From assembly GCA_965248355.1 (NCBI GenBank), contig OZ252098.1:1920001-1984000 (forward strand): a stretch of 64,000 nt of DNA, given 5' to 3'. The position numbers and the translations under genes are program-made. Origin of the DNA: Candidatus Latescibacterota bacterium. GTDB lineage: Bacteria > Latescibacterota > UBA2968 > UBA8231. The notes beneath the pieces are model-generated. The model saw nothing but the letters and a program-made list of their open reading frames with translations. It was not told the origin of the DNA and searched no databases. How positions within the stretch are numbered: position 1 is the stretch's first letter; every line of letters begins with the position of its first letter. Positions 1-9,284 of the stretch are shown here, one piece after another.

Positions 1-64
1 GGCTTGGCAGGCGGCCCATCGAACCTGGCCAGCCGCATGACGCCTGCCGCGCCACCCGCCGGAC

Positions 65-1414
65 TCAGGTCATCCACCGCGGCCAGACCGCCTCGGCCAG
101 GAAGAGCTGCGACTGCCGGGCGCCGCCCGCGCCCCAGGCCGTCCAGCGGTCGTCGGGCGAGAACACCGGGTGCGGATGGATGCAGCTCCACACCGTGTCG
201 TGGCGCACCAGCGGCCGCATCTCGATGAACGGTCCCCGCTTGCGGAACACGCCGATCCACCGGTCCGCCTCCGGCCAGCGGTAGCCTTCCGGCCCGATCG
301 CTTCGGGATCGCGGCGCGCCGACGACGCGGGGCCTTCGGCGGCATCGCCTTCCTGCACGTACCGCTCCAGGTCGCCGCGTCCCTCGAACCAGAACGGGCC
401 GGGGTCGGCGGCGTCGCCCACCCAGAGGTCGGCCTTCGAGTTGCACTTGAAGTGGACGGGCTCACGGCCTGGGAAGACCCAGCGGCGATCCACGCGGTTG
501 ACCAGGTCGACGTCGATCATCTCCGCGCGCCGCACCGAGCTGACCGGGACGCCGTCGCGGTCGTGCTGGGTACAGGTGAACAACAGCGACTCGACGTGAT
601 TGTCCGGCGCCGGGTAGTAGTGGTTGACCATCTCGAAGGGCTGCTGAGCGAAGATCGGCAGCGGGTCCTGGAGCGGCACCAGCCGCTCCAGGTCGACCCG
701 CATGAACCACATCGTCTTCAGCCCGGTGGGCTGCGTGCGGGTGTAGCTGCCGAAGAACAAGTAGGACGGGTCGCCCCGGCAGATGAACAGGTGACTGTCC
801 GCCGCCGCACGGTTCTCCGCGCTCGGGCCGTGGTAGACGACCGCTTGCCGCCCTTCCTGCAGGTCGCACAGCACCACCAGGGTCTCGCTGCCATGCCGGT
901 AGCGGTTCTCGTCCCGCCACGGCCACGGCGATGCGCCCTCCGGCCGGCAGCTCAGCACCAGGTAGCGCCCGCAGCTCGACATGTCGGGACCGCCCAACGA
1001 ACCGCATCCCGGCGGCGATTCGGCCACGACCTCCTCGCGCAGGGTCTCGATGTCCAGGCAGCAGACCCGCTTGCCCCGACTGTAGTAGATGCGTCCGCGC
1101 ACCGGGTCGCAGGTCAGGCCGCCCGAGCCCGCTCCCCCGCCGGGCCGCTTCTCCACCCCGGCCAGCACCGGCGGCTCGTCGGAGTCAGTGAGCTGCACGA
1201 TCGTGCCGGAGGCGGTCTCCACCGCGTAGATCTGGCCGATGCCCGACCGGTTGGAAGCGAACACGTAGCGCTCGGACCCGTCGACGAACCCCTCCTGGTT
1301 GTAGTACGGGTGCACGTTGTGGCACGGCGCGTCGGTGAGCTGCACCACCTTCACGCCCGTCGCCGGCTCGCGGTACTCCCGTTTCTCCGAACGCAGAACG
1401 TCACCCTGTGCCAT
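65..1414 (-). CDS. Oligogalacturonate lyase-like (PL22/TolB-like beta-propeller) protein
   Basis: N-terminus EYREPATGVKVVQLTD...HPYY...FASNRSG...QLTD and C-terminal HPHPVFSPDDRW are typical of the Ogl family. ATG at 1414 is preceded by AGGAGG. Confidence 0.7.
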   Translation of the reverse strand: MAQGDVLRSEKREYREPATGVKVVQLTDAPCHNVHPYYNQEGFVDGSERYVFASNRSGIGQIYAVETASGTIVQLTDSDEPPVLAGVEKRPGGGAGSGGLTCDPVRGRIYYSRGKRVCCLDIETLREEVVAESPPGCGSLGGPDMSSCGRYLVLSCRPEGASPWPWRDENRYRHGSETLVVLCDLQEGRQAVVYHGPSAENRAAADSHLFICRGDPSYLFFGSYTRTQPTGLKTMWFMRVDLERLVPLQDPLPIFAQQPFEMVNHYYPAPDNHVESLLFTCTQHDRDGVPVSSVRRAEMIDVDLVNRVDRRWVFPGREPVHFKCNSKADLWVGDAADPGPFWFEGRGDLERYVQEGDAAEGPASSARRDPEAIGPEGYRWPEADRWIGVFRKRGPFIEMRPLVRHDTVWSCIHPHPVFSPDDRWTAWGAGGARQSQLFLAEAVWPRWMT

Positions 1415-1571
1415 CTTTGGCCTCCTTGTCATCATAGCGCGCTCGCTGCGGGATGGGAGAGAACCTAGGCCCGGCCCCTCCCTTCGCCACTGCGGCCGCC
1501 GCGACGGCCGGACCGCCCGGGGACAGCCGCACCGCTTGCTCCCCGGTCGGGCTCTATAGAGCTTCTGCGCC

Positions 1572-2597
1572 ATGAGACCCGTCACTTGCCACGGGATCGC
1601 CGTCGTCGGCACCGGCTACATCGGCGGCGAGCACATGCGCGCCATCGCCGCCAACCCCCGGGCCCGGCTGGAGGTGATCTGCTCCACCGAGCGCAGCCGC
1701 GGCGTCGCCGAGGAGTTGCGCAGCACCCACGGGGCGGCGCGCACCTCCACCGACTACGAGGATGTCCTGAGCGACGGGCGGGTGGACGTCGTCTACCTGT
1801 GCACGCCCAACTCCCGGCACGAGGCCCAGGCCGTGGCCGCCCTGGAGGCGGGCAAGCACCTCTTCGTGGAGAAGCCGCTGGCGGTGACCGTGGCGCAGGC
1901 CCGCCGCATCGTGGCCGCTGCCCGCGCCGCGGACACCCGCGTCATGGTCGGTCACGGCGCCCGCTTCAGCTGCATCTTCCAAGCCATCCACGAGCTCGTG
2001 CGCAGCGGCCGGCTGGGGGAGGCCTGCTTCGTGGAGGGCGACTATGTCCACGACCTCGGCCCCTTCCTCGGCCTGCCGGGCCACGACTGGTGGATGGACG
2101 TGGCCAACGAGGGCCCGCTGCCGATCCTCGGCGGCGCCTGCCATCCCGTCGACCTGATGCGCTGGATCGCCGGCGAGATCGTCGAGGTCAGCGCCTTCGG
2201 CGCCCGCCGCAACATCCCGGAGGCGCCCTGGCACGACACGGTGATCGCCAACCTCCGGTTCGCCAGCGGCGCCCTGGGCAAGTGCCTGGTCTCCTGCGGC
2301 GCCAAGGTCCCCTACGCCATGAACCTCGCCTACTACGGGACCCGGGGCTCGGTGATCAACGACCGCCTGTTCCTCGACGGTATCCCCCACGTGGAGGAGT
2401 TCATGCGGCTGCCCGTCCCGATCCGGGCCGAGGACCACACCTGCGCCGAGGAGCTGAACCACCTCCTCGATTGCGTCGAGTCGGGCGAGACCCCGGCCAT
2501 CGACGCCGTCGAGGGGGCGCGCTCCCTGGCCGTCTGCTGCGCCATGGCCGAATCGATCGAGGCGGGCCGTCCGGTGCCGGTGATCCTCGACTTCTGA
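1572..2597 (+). CDS. Gfo/Idh/MocA family oxidoreductase
   Basis: GIAVVGTGYIG Rossmann motif, CTPNSRH, AGKHLFVEKPLA, GACHPVDL. Confidence 0.92.
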   Translation: MRPVTCHGIAVVGTGYIGGEHMRAIAANPRARLEVICSTERSRGVAEELRSTHGAARTSTDYEDVLSDGRVDVVYLCTPNSRHEAQAVAALEAGKHLFVEKPLAVTVAQARRIVAAARAADTRVMVGHGARFSCIFQAIHELVRSGRLGEACFVEGDYVHDLGPFLGLPGHDWWMDVANEGPLPILGGACHPVDLMRWIAGEIVEVSAFGARRNIPEAPWHDTVIANLRFASGALGKCLVSCGAKVPYAMNLAYYGTRGSVINDRLFLDGIPHVEEFMRLPVPIRAEDHTCAEELNHLLDCVESGETPAIDAVEGARSLAVCCAMAESIEAGRPVPVILDF

Positions 2598-3520
2598 TGG
2601 GGACGCTGCAGCGGCTCGACGCGCTCCCCCCGGGCTGCCCGCCGTCGGCCTGGCTGGACGGGCTCCTGCCGCACCCCCCGGAGGCTCTCGGGTCCCGGCT
2701 CGACCGCTGCCGCAAGGCCCTCGAGGAAGGGAGCTTCGACCCGGAGGCCAGCCTCTTCACCGGCCGCCGGGAGGAGCCCTCGGGCCTCGTGGTGTGCACC
2801 ACGGCCGGGTCCGCGTCGCTCATCGAGGTGCTCGCCGTGGGTGAGGCCCACCGGCGCCGCGGCCTCGGCAGGACCTTGTTGAAGGCGGCGGTCTCCTCCC
2901 TTCGCGAGCGGGGGCAGGCCACGATCCGCGCCGAACCGGTGTCCAGCCGCGAGGGGCCGTGGCGCTCCCTCCTCGAGTCCCTGGGCTTCGCCGGCCGCTC
3001 CCTCGGGTCGCTGCGCATGCAACGGCGGTTGAGCGGGGACCTCCCCGCCCACCCCGTCCCCCCCGGGTACGAGTTGCGCTGCCTCCGCCCCGGGGAGGAG
3101 GCGGACTGGGTGGGCCTGAGGAACGCCTGCTTTCCCGCCGACCCCTGGCCGCCGGAACGCTACCGGGAAGATCTGGCCGGCAGCCCGGTCTACGAGCTGG
3201 ACAGGATCCTGGTGGCCACCCGGGAGGGCAGGCTCGCCGGCACGACCATCGCCTGGGAGGCCGACTACGGAGAGGCGCCCGGCGGGCTCATCCACTGGGT
3301 CGGGGTGCATCCCCGGCACCGCGGCCGGGGCCTGGCCAAGGCCCTCAACGCGCGCGCCCTGCGGCAGCTGGCGGAACGGGGCTACGCCGAGGCCTGGCTG
3401 AACACCTCGCGCCGCTTCGAGGCGGCGGTGGGCCTGTACGGGCGCCTCGGGTTCGAGGTCTGCAGAGAGCTGTTCAGCTACGAGCTGGCCTTGAGAGACC
3501 CGGAGCGGGCGGCCCCATGA
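2597..3520 (+). CDS. Tandem-domain GNAT acetyltransferase
   Basis: Two acetyl-CoA motifs (LAVGEAHRRRGLGRTLL; VGVHPRHRGRGLAKAL) plus AVGLYGRLGF. ATG overlaps the upstream TGA. Confidence 0.85.
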   Translation: MGTLQRLDALPPGCPPSAWLDGLLPHPPEALGSRLDRCRKALEEGSFDPEASLFTGRREEPSGLVVCTTAGSASLIEVLAVGEAHRRRGLGRTLLKAAVSSLRERGQATIRAEPVSSREGPWRSLLESLGFAGRSLGSLRMQRRLSGDLPAHPVPPGYELRCLRPGEEADWVGLRNACFPADPWPPERYREDLAGSPVYELDRILVATREGRLAGTTIAWEADYGEAPGGLIHWVGVHPRHRGRGLAKALNARALRQLAERGYAEAWLNTSRRFEAAVGLYGRLGFEVCRELFSYELALRDPERAAP

Positions 3521-4527
3521 GCGCGATCCGCACCCTCCTCGTCGGCGGCGGCCGCATGGGAACCGCCCATCTGCAGGGGATCGCCCGCCTGCCGGAGCTG
3601 GCCGTGGTGACCGCCGCCGTCGAGCCTCACGGGGCCCACCGCGACCGCCTGCGCCGGGACCACGGCATCGAGGCGCTGTACGACGACCTCGATTCCGCCC
3701 TCAATGCGGAGCCGCTGGAGGCCGTCTTCATCTGCACCCCGAACCACCTGCACGCCGAGTATGCCCTCGCCTGCCTGCGCTCGGGCAAGCACGTCTTCGT
3801 GGAGAAGCCCCTGGCCCTGACCGTGGCCGACGCCGACGCCCTGGTGGCCGCCTCCGAGGCCGGCGGCCGCCTGCTCATGTCGGGGCAGACCCTGCGGTTC
3901 GCCCCCCGCCTGCGCCAGGTGAAGGCGCTCCTCGCCAGCGGCCGGATCGGCGAGGTGCGCCACGTCCTCCACCGGCGCATGAGCCCCGGCCGCGGCGGCG
4001 ACGAGGGCAGCTGGTTCGCCCGCCAGGCGGAGTCCGGCGGGATCCTGCCGGGGATCGGGTCCCACTCCTTCGACATCATCCTCTGGTGGCTCGGGGACCG
4101 GGCGGCCACGGCCTATGCCGTGGTGCGGGCGATCGACCCCCACCACGCCGTCGACATCGAGGACGAGGTCTCCATGGTGGCCGTCACCCGGCGGGGGGCG
4201 ATCCTCAACGTGGCCCTCTCCTTCCATCACCGGGCGGGGTACGAGTGGACGGTGGCCGGCAGCGGCGGGGTGATCCAGCTGGCTTCCACCAGCGGAGCGC
4301 TGGTCGTCGACGGCGCCCCCGTCGAGCCGGAGGCGTCGGTGGCCCTGCCCGGCGAGGAGGACCTGCACGAGGAGTTCTTCACCGCCATCCGCGACTCCCG
4401 CCCCCTGGCCCAGGCCGCCGGCGCCGAGGTCCGCCACTCGGTGGCCCTCGCCTGCGCCGCCGGCGAGTCGGGCCGCAGCGGCCGGGTCGTCACCGTCGAC
4501 GCCGGACCCGCCGGCCGAGGAGGGTGA
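3517..4527 (+). CDS. Gfo/Idh/MocA family oxidoreductase
   Basis: LLVGGGRMG, ICTPNHLH, SGKHVFVEKPLA, GSHSFD. ATGA overlap with the previous gene. Confidence 0.92.
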   Translation: MSAIRTLLVGGGRMGTAHLQGIARLPELAVVTAAVEPHGAHRDRLRRDHGIEALYDDLDSALNAEPLEAVFICTPNHLHAEYALACLRSGKHVFVEKPLALTVADADALVAASEAGGRLLMSGQTLRFAPRLRQVKALLASGRIGEVRHVLHRRMSPGRGGDEGSWFARQAESGGILPGIGSHSFDIILWWLGDRAATAYAVVRAIDPHHAVDIEDEVSMVAVTRRGAILNVALSFHHRAGYEWTVAGSGGVIQLASTSGALVVDGAPVEPEASVALPGEEDLHEEFFTAIRDSRPLAQAAGAEVRHSVALACAAGESGRSGRVVTVDAGPAGRGG

Positions 4528-5429
4528 TCGTGTTCCGAATCGCCGCCATGAGCATCGCCCTGGCGAGGGGGATCGACGGAGAGCGTACCCCGGAGCGGAT
4601 CGTGCACGAGGCCGCCCGCCTCGGCCTGGACGGGGTCGAGTTCTACGAGTCCGACTGGGGCGGCGCTCCGGATGACCTGGCGGCGGCCCCCGCCCTCGCC
4701 GAGACGGCTGCCGCCGCCGGGGTGCGGCTCTTCGCCATCGGCTCGGCGGCCCGGCTCGGATACCACGACGGGCGCGCGGTGGAGGCCCTGGCGACGCTCC
4801 GGCGGCAGGTCGACGTGGCGGCAGCCGTGGGCGCCCGCGTGGTGACCTTCGCCGCCATCGACTCCCAGCCCCTGCCCCCGGGCGGGGACCCGTCGGGGGG
4901 AGGCCTGCCCTTCGCCGGCGCCGCGGGACCCCTGGTCCGGCAGATGCGGGAGCTGGCCGGGTACGCCGGCGACCGGCAGGTGCAGGTGGCCGTCCTCAAC
5001 CACGGCTCCTTCGTGTGCACCAGCTGGCACCAGGAATGGGTGGTGCGTCTGGCCGGCGCCGCCAACGCCGGGGCCTGCCTGGATCCGGGCAACTACCTCT
5101 ACTACGAGGGCGAGGACCCGGTGGCCGCCACCCGGCGGCTGAAGGGACGGGTCGCGGCCGTGCGCCTGGGAGACTGGCGTCCCCGGGACCGGGCGCGGGT
5201 GGCCGCCGAGTTCGCCGCCGAGGGACAGTTGCGTCCGTGGGAGGCGGCGGTCTTCGGCGAGGGCGCCGTCGACCACGGCGCCTGCCTGCGCCTCCTGCGG
5301 GAGGGAGGCTGCGACGGCTGGCTCTCCATCAAGAGCGCGGGTTCCTCTCCCCTGGGACCGGACGACGCCCTGCGCCGCACCCTCGACGAGGTCCGGCGGG
5401 TCGGGGCATTGATCGACGGAGAGTCCTGA
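4524..5429 (+). CDS. Sugar phosphate isomerase/epimerase (xylose isomerase-like TIM barrel)
   Basis: AARLGLDGVEF, CLDPGNY, FGEGAVD, GCDGWLSI. GTGA overlap and GAGGAGG RBS. Some usual metal ligands look substituted (LNH, AVRLGD, SIK). Confidence 0.8.
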   Translation: MIVFRIAAMSIALARGIDGERTPERIVHEAARLGLDGVEFYESDWGGAPDDLAAAPALAETAAAAGVRLFAIGSAARLGYHDGRAVEALATLRRQVDVAAAVGARVVTFAAIDSQPLPPGGDPSGGGLPFAGAAGPLVRQMRELAGYAGDRQVQVAVLNHGSFVCTSWHQEWVVRLAGAANAGACLDPGNYLYYEGEDPVAATRRLKGRVAAVRLGDWRPRDRARVAAEFAAEGQLRPWEAAVFGEGAVDHGACLRLLREGGCDGWLSIKSAGSSPLGPDDALRRTLDEVRRVGALIDGES

Positions 5430-5788
5430 TGACCGGCACGTACGACCTTGTCCTCGGCGGCGCGCTGAGCGTCAGCGACATGGCCGCGCTCCACCACCTG
5501 TTTCGCCGCGCGTTCCAGCTCTCGCGCAGGCTCCCGGACGCGCTGCTTTTGATGGGTCGCTGAGGGTCCGCGGACTGCACCCGGCTCACCAGCGACGGCG
5601 GCAGCTCTCCCGTGCCCGACGGGGCGGGGGACCTTGGCGTCGAGGTGGACGGGAGGGCACCCTGTGCCGTGGACTGCGAGATCTGGGAGGACGACGGCAC
5701 CGAGGAGTTCCGGCGCGTCTGGCGGGTCGAGCGGGAGGGCTACTGGTTCGAGGCGGCCGGCGGCGGGAAGGGGCCGACGACGGGGTGA
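5429..5788 (+). pseudogene. 119-codon ORF of unknown function interrupted by an in-frame TGA at 5561-5563
   Basis: ATG overlaps the upstream stop, the frame stays open after the TGA to 5788, and the final TGA overlaps the GTG of the next gene. Confidence 0.5.
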
Positions 5789-5833
5789 GCCACGGCATCG
5801 CCGTCATCGGCACCGGGTACATGGGCGGCGAGC
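5785..5833 (+). pseudogene. 5' remnant of a Gfo/Idh/MocA oxidoreductase
   Basis: Translates VSHGIAVIGTGYMGGE, matching CHGIAVVGTGYIGGE of the gene at 1572. Similarity stops abruptly at ~5833. Confidence 0.75.
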
Positions 5834-5941
5834 TTGAAGCTGACGATCCTGTATGCGTCCGACCAGGTGAAGTCGAACGAGTAGAGCGCAATCGCCGTGA
5901 CGTGTCCGTGCATCATCCGTCCAGATCCGCACTCCGTCAAT

Positions 5942-5966
5942 GGGCAAGTCCCATTTTCAGTTGAAA
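5942..5966. repeat. IS terminal inverted repeat (downstream of transposase)
   Basis: GGGCAAGTCCCATTTTCAGTTGAAA; 17/25 identical to the reverse complement of 7342-7366. Confidence 0.8.
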
Positions 5967-5991
5967 CGTAGCCCAGGCTCGAGTGGATGAG

Positions 5992-7263
5992 TCAGCCCGT
6001 CATCGCGAGCTGTTTGAGGCCGAGTTCGGCTTGGAGCGCTTGTCGGAGCATCGGCAGGTGGTGGTAACCGTTGATCCGGCGCAGGCGAGGTTCGATGTCG
6101 AGCAACGCCGTGGCGACCCAGCGGTGACGCTGCGACGAGTTCGTCCAGCGCCGCACGTTGTGCGTCAACTGCTCCAGGAGACTGTTGACGTTCTCGATAC
6201 AGTTGGTGGTACGGAAGGAGGCCTTCAGCATCGGCATCAGGCCCAGGCGGTGGAGCGTGAGGGTTTCTTGCTGGCCTTCCTCCAAGCTGCGCAGGGCCGA
6301 CTGGTTCATCAACTGCAACCCCGGTTTCAGCGCCTCCAGGGCGGCTTGGGCCTCCTCGTACGTCGAGTGCCCATACGCCGCTTCCAGCTTTCGACGAACG
6401 CCGCCCTGCTCGCTCTTGGGCAGGTACGAGACCACGTTCTGGCGCTTGTGATACTGGCATCGCTGCACGCAGGCATGGCCCTGGAGCACCGACCGCACTG
6501 CCTTGTACAGGCCCTTGCCTCCATCGATCACCACGAGCAGCCCGGCCTCGTATTGCAGGCCCCGCTCGACCAGCTCCGCCAGGAAGCGACGACAGACGCG
6601 CTCGTTCTCGGTCGCCGCCTGCACGAAACCCAGAGGGATCTTGTGTCCTTCCACAGTGACGCCCAGGGCGATGAGGATTTCCTCGTCGGCAAAGCTCTTG
6701 CCGTCCAGAAACAGCGCCACCAGGTCGTAGCCTTCCAGGGATCGCTGCTGGAATTCGGCCAGCTTGCGCGCCGTGCCTTTCACATACCGGCGAGAGACCG
6801 AGGAACGGGACAGACCGAAGGCTTGCGGGACGGTCTCGGCGCAGGCCTCGTAGTTGCGCGTGGCCAGGCCCTTCAGCACCCGCAACAACAGCCCCTGATC
6901 CATCTGCCTCGGCGTCTGCAGGGCCTGGTAGGCCTCCAGCGGGACCTCGGTGCCGCGGACCACATCGCGCACGCGCGGCACCTCGACCGGCAGTTTCTGA
7001 TCGCCCAGGTACACCGACCCGGCCTGCGCCCCCCAGCGGCGCAACGGCTGATCCGGCCCCTTGCGCTGATACCGAGGTCCGGCCAGGGCCTCCACGCCCC
7101 GTCGCAGCTCCTCCCCAACCGCCTGCAGCCCCAGGGGGATCAGCAGCTGGATGATCTCGATGCGAGTCTCCAGATCGTCCATCGACGCGGTGGCTTGGCG
7201 GTTCACGGGGCCGATGGTCACGGTCCGTTTGACGCCCCTTTTCCGTGCTTGTAGCTTGCTCAT
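5992..7263 (-). CDS. IS256-family (Mutator-type) DDE transposase
   Basis: ALFLDGK, ALGVTVEGHK, LVERGL, LVVIDGGKGL, VQRCQYHKRQN, RTTNCIENVN motifs; intact 423 aa. Confidence 0.93.
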   Translation of the reverse strand: MSKLQARKRGVKRTVTIGPVNRQATASMDDLETRIEIIQLLIPLGLQAVGEELRRGVEALAGPRYQRKGPDQPLRRWGAQAGSVYLGDQKLPVEVPRVRDVVRGTEVPLEAYQALQTPRQMDQGLLLRVLKGLATRNYEACAETVPQAFGLSRSSVSRRYVKGTARKLAEFQQRSLEGYDLVALFLDGKSFADEEILIALGVTVEGHKIPLGFVQAATENERVCRRFLAELVERGLQYEAGLLVVIDGGKGLYKAVRSVLQGHACVQRCQYHKRQNVVSYLPKSEQGGVRRKLEAAYGHSTYEEAQAALEALKPGLQLMNQSALRSLEEGQQETLTLHRLGLMPMLKASFRTTNCIENVNSLLEQLTHNVRRWTNSSQRHRWVATALLDIEPRLRRINGYHHLPMLRQALQAELGLKQLAMTG

Positions 7264-7341
7264 GGCAGGCTCCTTGGGTTACCGAATACGAGGCTTCTTG
7301 GCGATTTCTCGTATCAAACGTAACGATGGGAGCCTGTGTTA

Positions 7342-7366
7342 TTTCAACTAAGATCGGGACAATGCC
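7342..7366. repeat. IS terminal inverted repeat (upstream of transposase)
   Basis: TTTCAACTAAGATCGGGACAATGCC; pairs with 5942-5966. Confidence 0.8.
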
Positions 7367-7385
7367 TTGCGGAGCATCAGCTTGG

Positions 7386-7946
7386 CTATCGCCCGAAGGT
7401 AAATTGGCCAGTGGCAACATCCAGATAGATCCGGTTGTTTATGTGAGTCATTCCACCACAATATGTGAAGTAGGTCTTCCTCTTGGTTGTTGATCGCATC
7501 CATCCACCCATTTCCTTGAAATCCGCAACGGTGCAGCGGCCATCCTCGATTAGTTTTCTTGCCGCTGTGAGGAATTGCGACCCGTATTGATGATGGTCAT
7601 CCGATTCGCCAATGGCAACATCCAAAGCAGTACGGGGCTCGCTGTGCGTCGGAGTCGGTGGCTCTTGTAGGGATTCTGACAAGTACTTGGCGGACACCCA
7701 TCTCGCCACCATTCTTTCCGGCTCCCCTTCTACGGACCCATCGTAGTAGCGTGAGATCCGGGACCAACCTTTCCGGGATTCAAGCACGGTGACTCGTTGT
7801 CCAACAGATAGGACATTCGTTACTTTGCCGCCAGCATGGGGAGCGAGCCGTACCTCCAGCTGGTCTGCCGTGACATGCCTGACGCCAGGTGCCTTCTCCA
7901 GGATGTACTCGACAACATCATCATCCCTGAGCATCGTATCCAGCAT
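7386..7946 (-). CDS. SH3b-domain protein (probably the 3' half of a frameshifted gene)
   Basis: VTADQLEVRLAP...LSVGQRVTVLESRKGWSRIS...WVSAKYL is a bacterial SH3 pattern; lower-GC region. Confidence 0.7.
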   Translation of the reverse strand: MLDTMLRDDDVVEYILEKAPGVRHVTADQLEVRLAPHAGGKVTNVLSVGQRVTVLESRKGWSRISRYYDGSVEGEPERMVARWVSAKYLSESLQEPPTPTHSEPRTALDVAIGESDDHHQYGSQFLTAARKLIEDGRCTVADFKEMGGWMRSTTKRKTYFTYCGGMTHINNRIYLDVATGQFTFGR

Positions 7947-8421
7947 GGTAGCCGTTCTTTTGAGTCTGTCCAGAAAAGCTGATTAGTTCCGTCCTGGTAA
8001 AGCGAAGAGATAAGGAGGTTCGTCGCAGAGTGTATCGGGGCTGCAAACTCTCCGTGCCCGACACTAGGAATAGCTGTCCTTGCTCCACCCGCCACACTCC
8101 AGCATTGGAACCATATTCAAACCCTCTCCAGGTGTTCCCTGTCTCATCCATATGCTCTACGGAAGCACCAAGTACCAGATCCTCCCATAGCCAGAATCGG
8201 TTCTTGCTCTTGGCTTCATTAAACATGACGTTCGTGACTGTTTGCGCCTTCGCAGCTGTCGCTCCTTCACGGACAAGGCGGTCATAGAAACCGTTGGCAA
8301 TCACGTGGTTTACATCAGTGCCCACGAATGCCCAGGTACCTATAAGGCTGGCACCCGTTGCCGGTGCAGGCGTGGGAGAGAGGAGTGCACTGGCGAGAAA
8401 AGCAAGGGTGAACCTCACCAT
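7921..8421 (-). CDS. Secreted hypothetical protein (probably the 5' half of a frameshifted gene)
   Basis: Signal peptide MVRFTLAFLASALLSPTPAPA, then LIGTW (lipocalin-like start); AAGGGGAG RBS. Confidence 0.55.
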   Translation of the reverse strand: MVRFTLAFLASALLSPTPAPATGASLIGTWAFVGTDVNHVIANGFYDRLVREGATAAKAQTVTNVMFNEAKSKNRFWLWEDLVLGASVEHMDETGNTWRGFEYGSNAGVWRVEQGQLFLVSGTESLQPRYTLRRTSLSLRFTRTELISFSGQTQKNGYHAGYDAQG

Positions 8422-8752
8422 GGTGGCTCCCCTTCTTGTGCTTCGATGGTATTGACCTGACAGACGCAAGCTCAGTCTCCTAGGGCTGACCAGCAAACTG
8501 GCAAAGTGGGGGGCGCGGGCCTGCCGGAGTGGCGGCCTTCTTCTCGATTGCTCCGAGGCGTTCATCATAAACCCTCAGCAACAATCAGGCTCATCGTTCC
8601 TCTACCCGGGTTGTCAGCCGCTCTCTCGACGACAATGCCAGTCTCGGCCGTCGACCTGCTCGTCCATTCCAAGATACCCGGTGCCGCAGAGGGAGCAAGC
8701 AGTCGGCTATGAGCATCGCGCGGGCAGGGCTCGCCCGCTTCGGGGTCCCGGG

Positions 8753-9154
8753 ATGGCCATGGAACAGGGTTTCCCGCCCGACACGATCAGCACCGACCTG
8801 CACCGCCGCAGCCGCCTGCTGTCCAACGCCACCATGGACGTGACCCTGTCGAAGATGCTGGCCCTGGGGATGCCGCTGCACGAGGTCGTGCACCGCTCCA
8901 CCTGGCGCCCCGCGCAGGTGATCGGCCGCCCGGAGCTGGGGCATCTGAGCGTCGGCGCCGAGGCCGACGTCGCCGTCCTGGAGCTGGTCCCCGGGGAGTT
9001 CCGGTTCGTCGACAGCACCCGCAGCACCCGTCCCGGGCGGCATCGCCTGCAGTGCCAGATGACCCTGCGCGCCGGCGAGGTGGTGTGGGACCTGCACGGG
9101 CGCTCCTTCCCCGACTGGCGGGAGACCCTGCCCGCCGCCTGGCGCCGGGAGTAA
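8753..9154 (+). pseudogene. 3' remnant of an amidohydrolase/deacetylase (dihydroorotase-like) metallohydrolase
   Basis: QGFPPDTISTDLH, LSKMLALGMPL, PAQVIGRPELGHLSVGAEADVAV; the N-terminal metal-binding part is missing. Confidence 0.82.
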
Positions 9155-9284
9155 GGGGTACGGCGGCAGGCGCGGCGGAGGCGGACCCGACCGTGACCGG
9201 GGCCGCGCGAATCCCGTTAATTCGAGGCCCGCCGCCGGCCCCGGCCAGGCAACGGGCCGGCCCCTCTTCGCAAGGAACCGCCCC

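Larger units (their letters stand above)
5942..7366 (-). mobile_element. IS256-family insertion sequence (1425 bp)
   Basis: Transposase flanked by imperfect 25-bp terminal inverted repeats. No target-site duplication visible. Confidence 0.88.

Noticed and set aside
1..38. Possible minus-strand gene start MRLARFDGPPAK
   Set aside because: Only 12 codons are inside the window; cannot be supported.
5983..7254. 423 aa plus-strand ORF opposite the transposase
   Set aside because: Antisense mirror of the IS256 transposase; no independent motifs.
8440..8750. Possible integron attC site or structured RNA at the island edge
   Set aside because: No RYYYAAC/GTTRRRY pair or convincing long stem found by eye; no integrase in the window.
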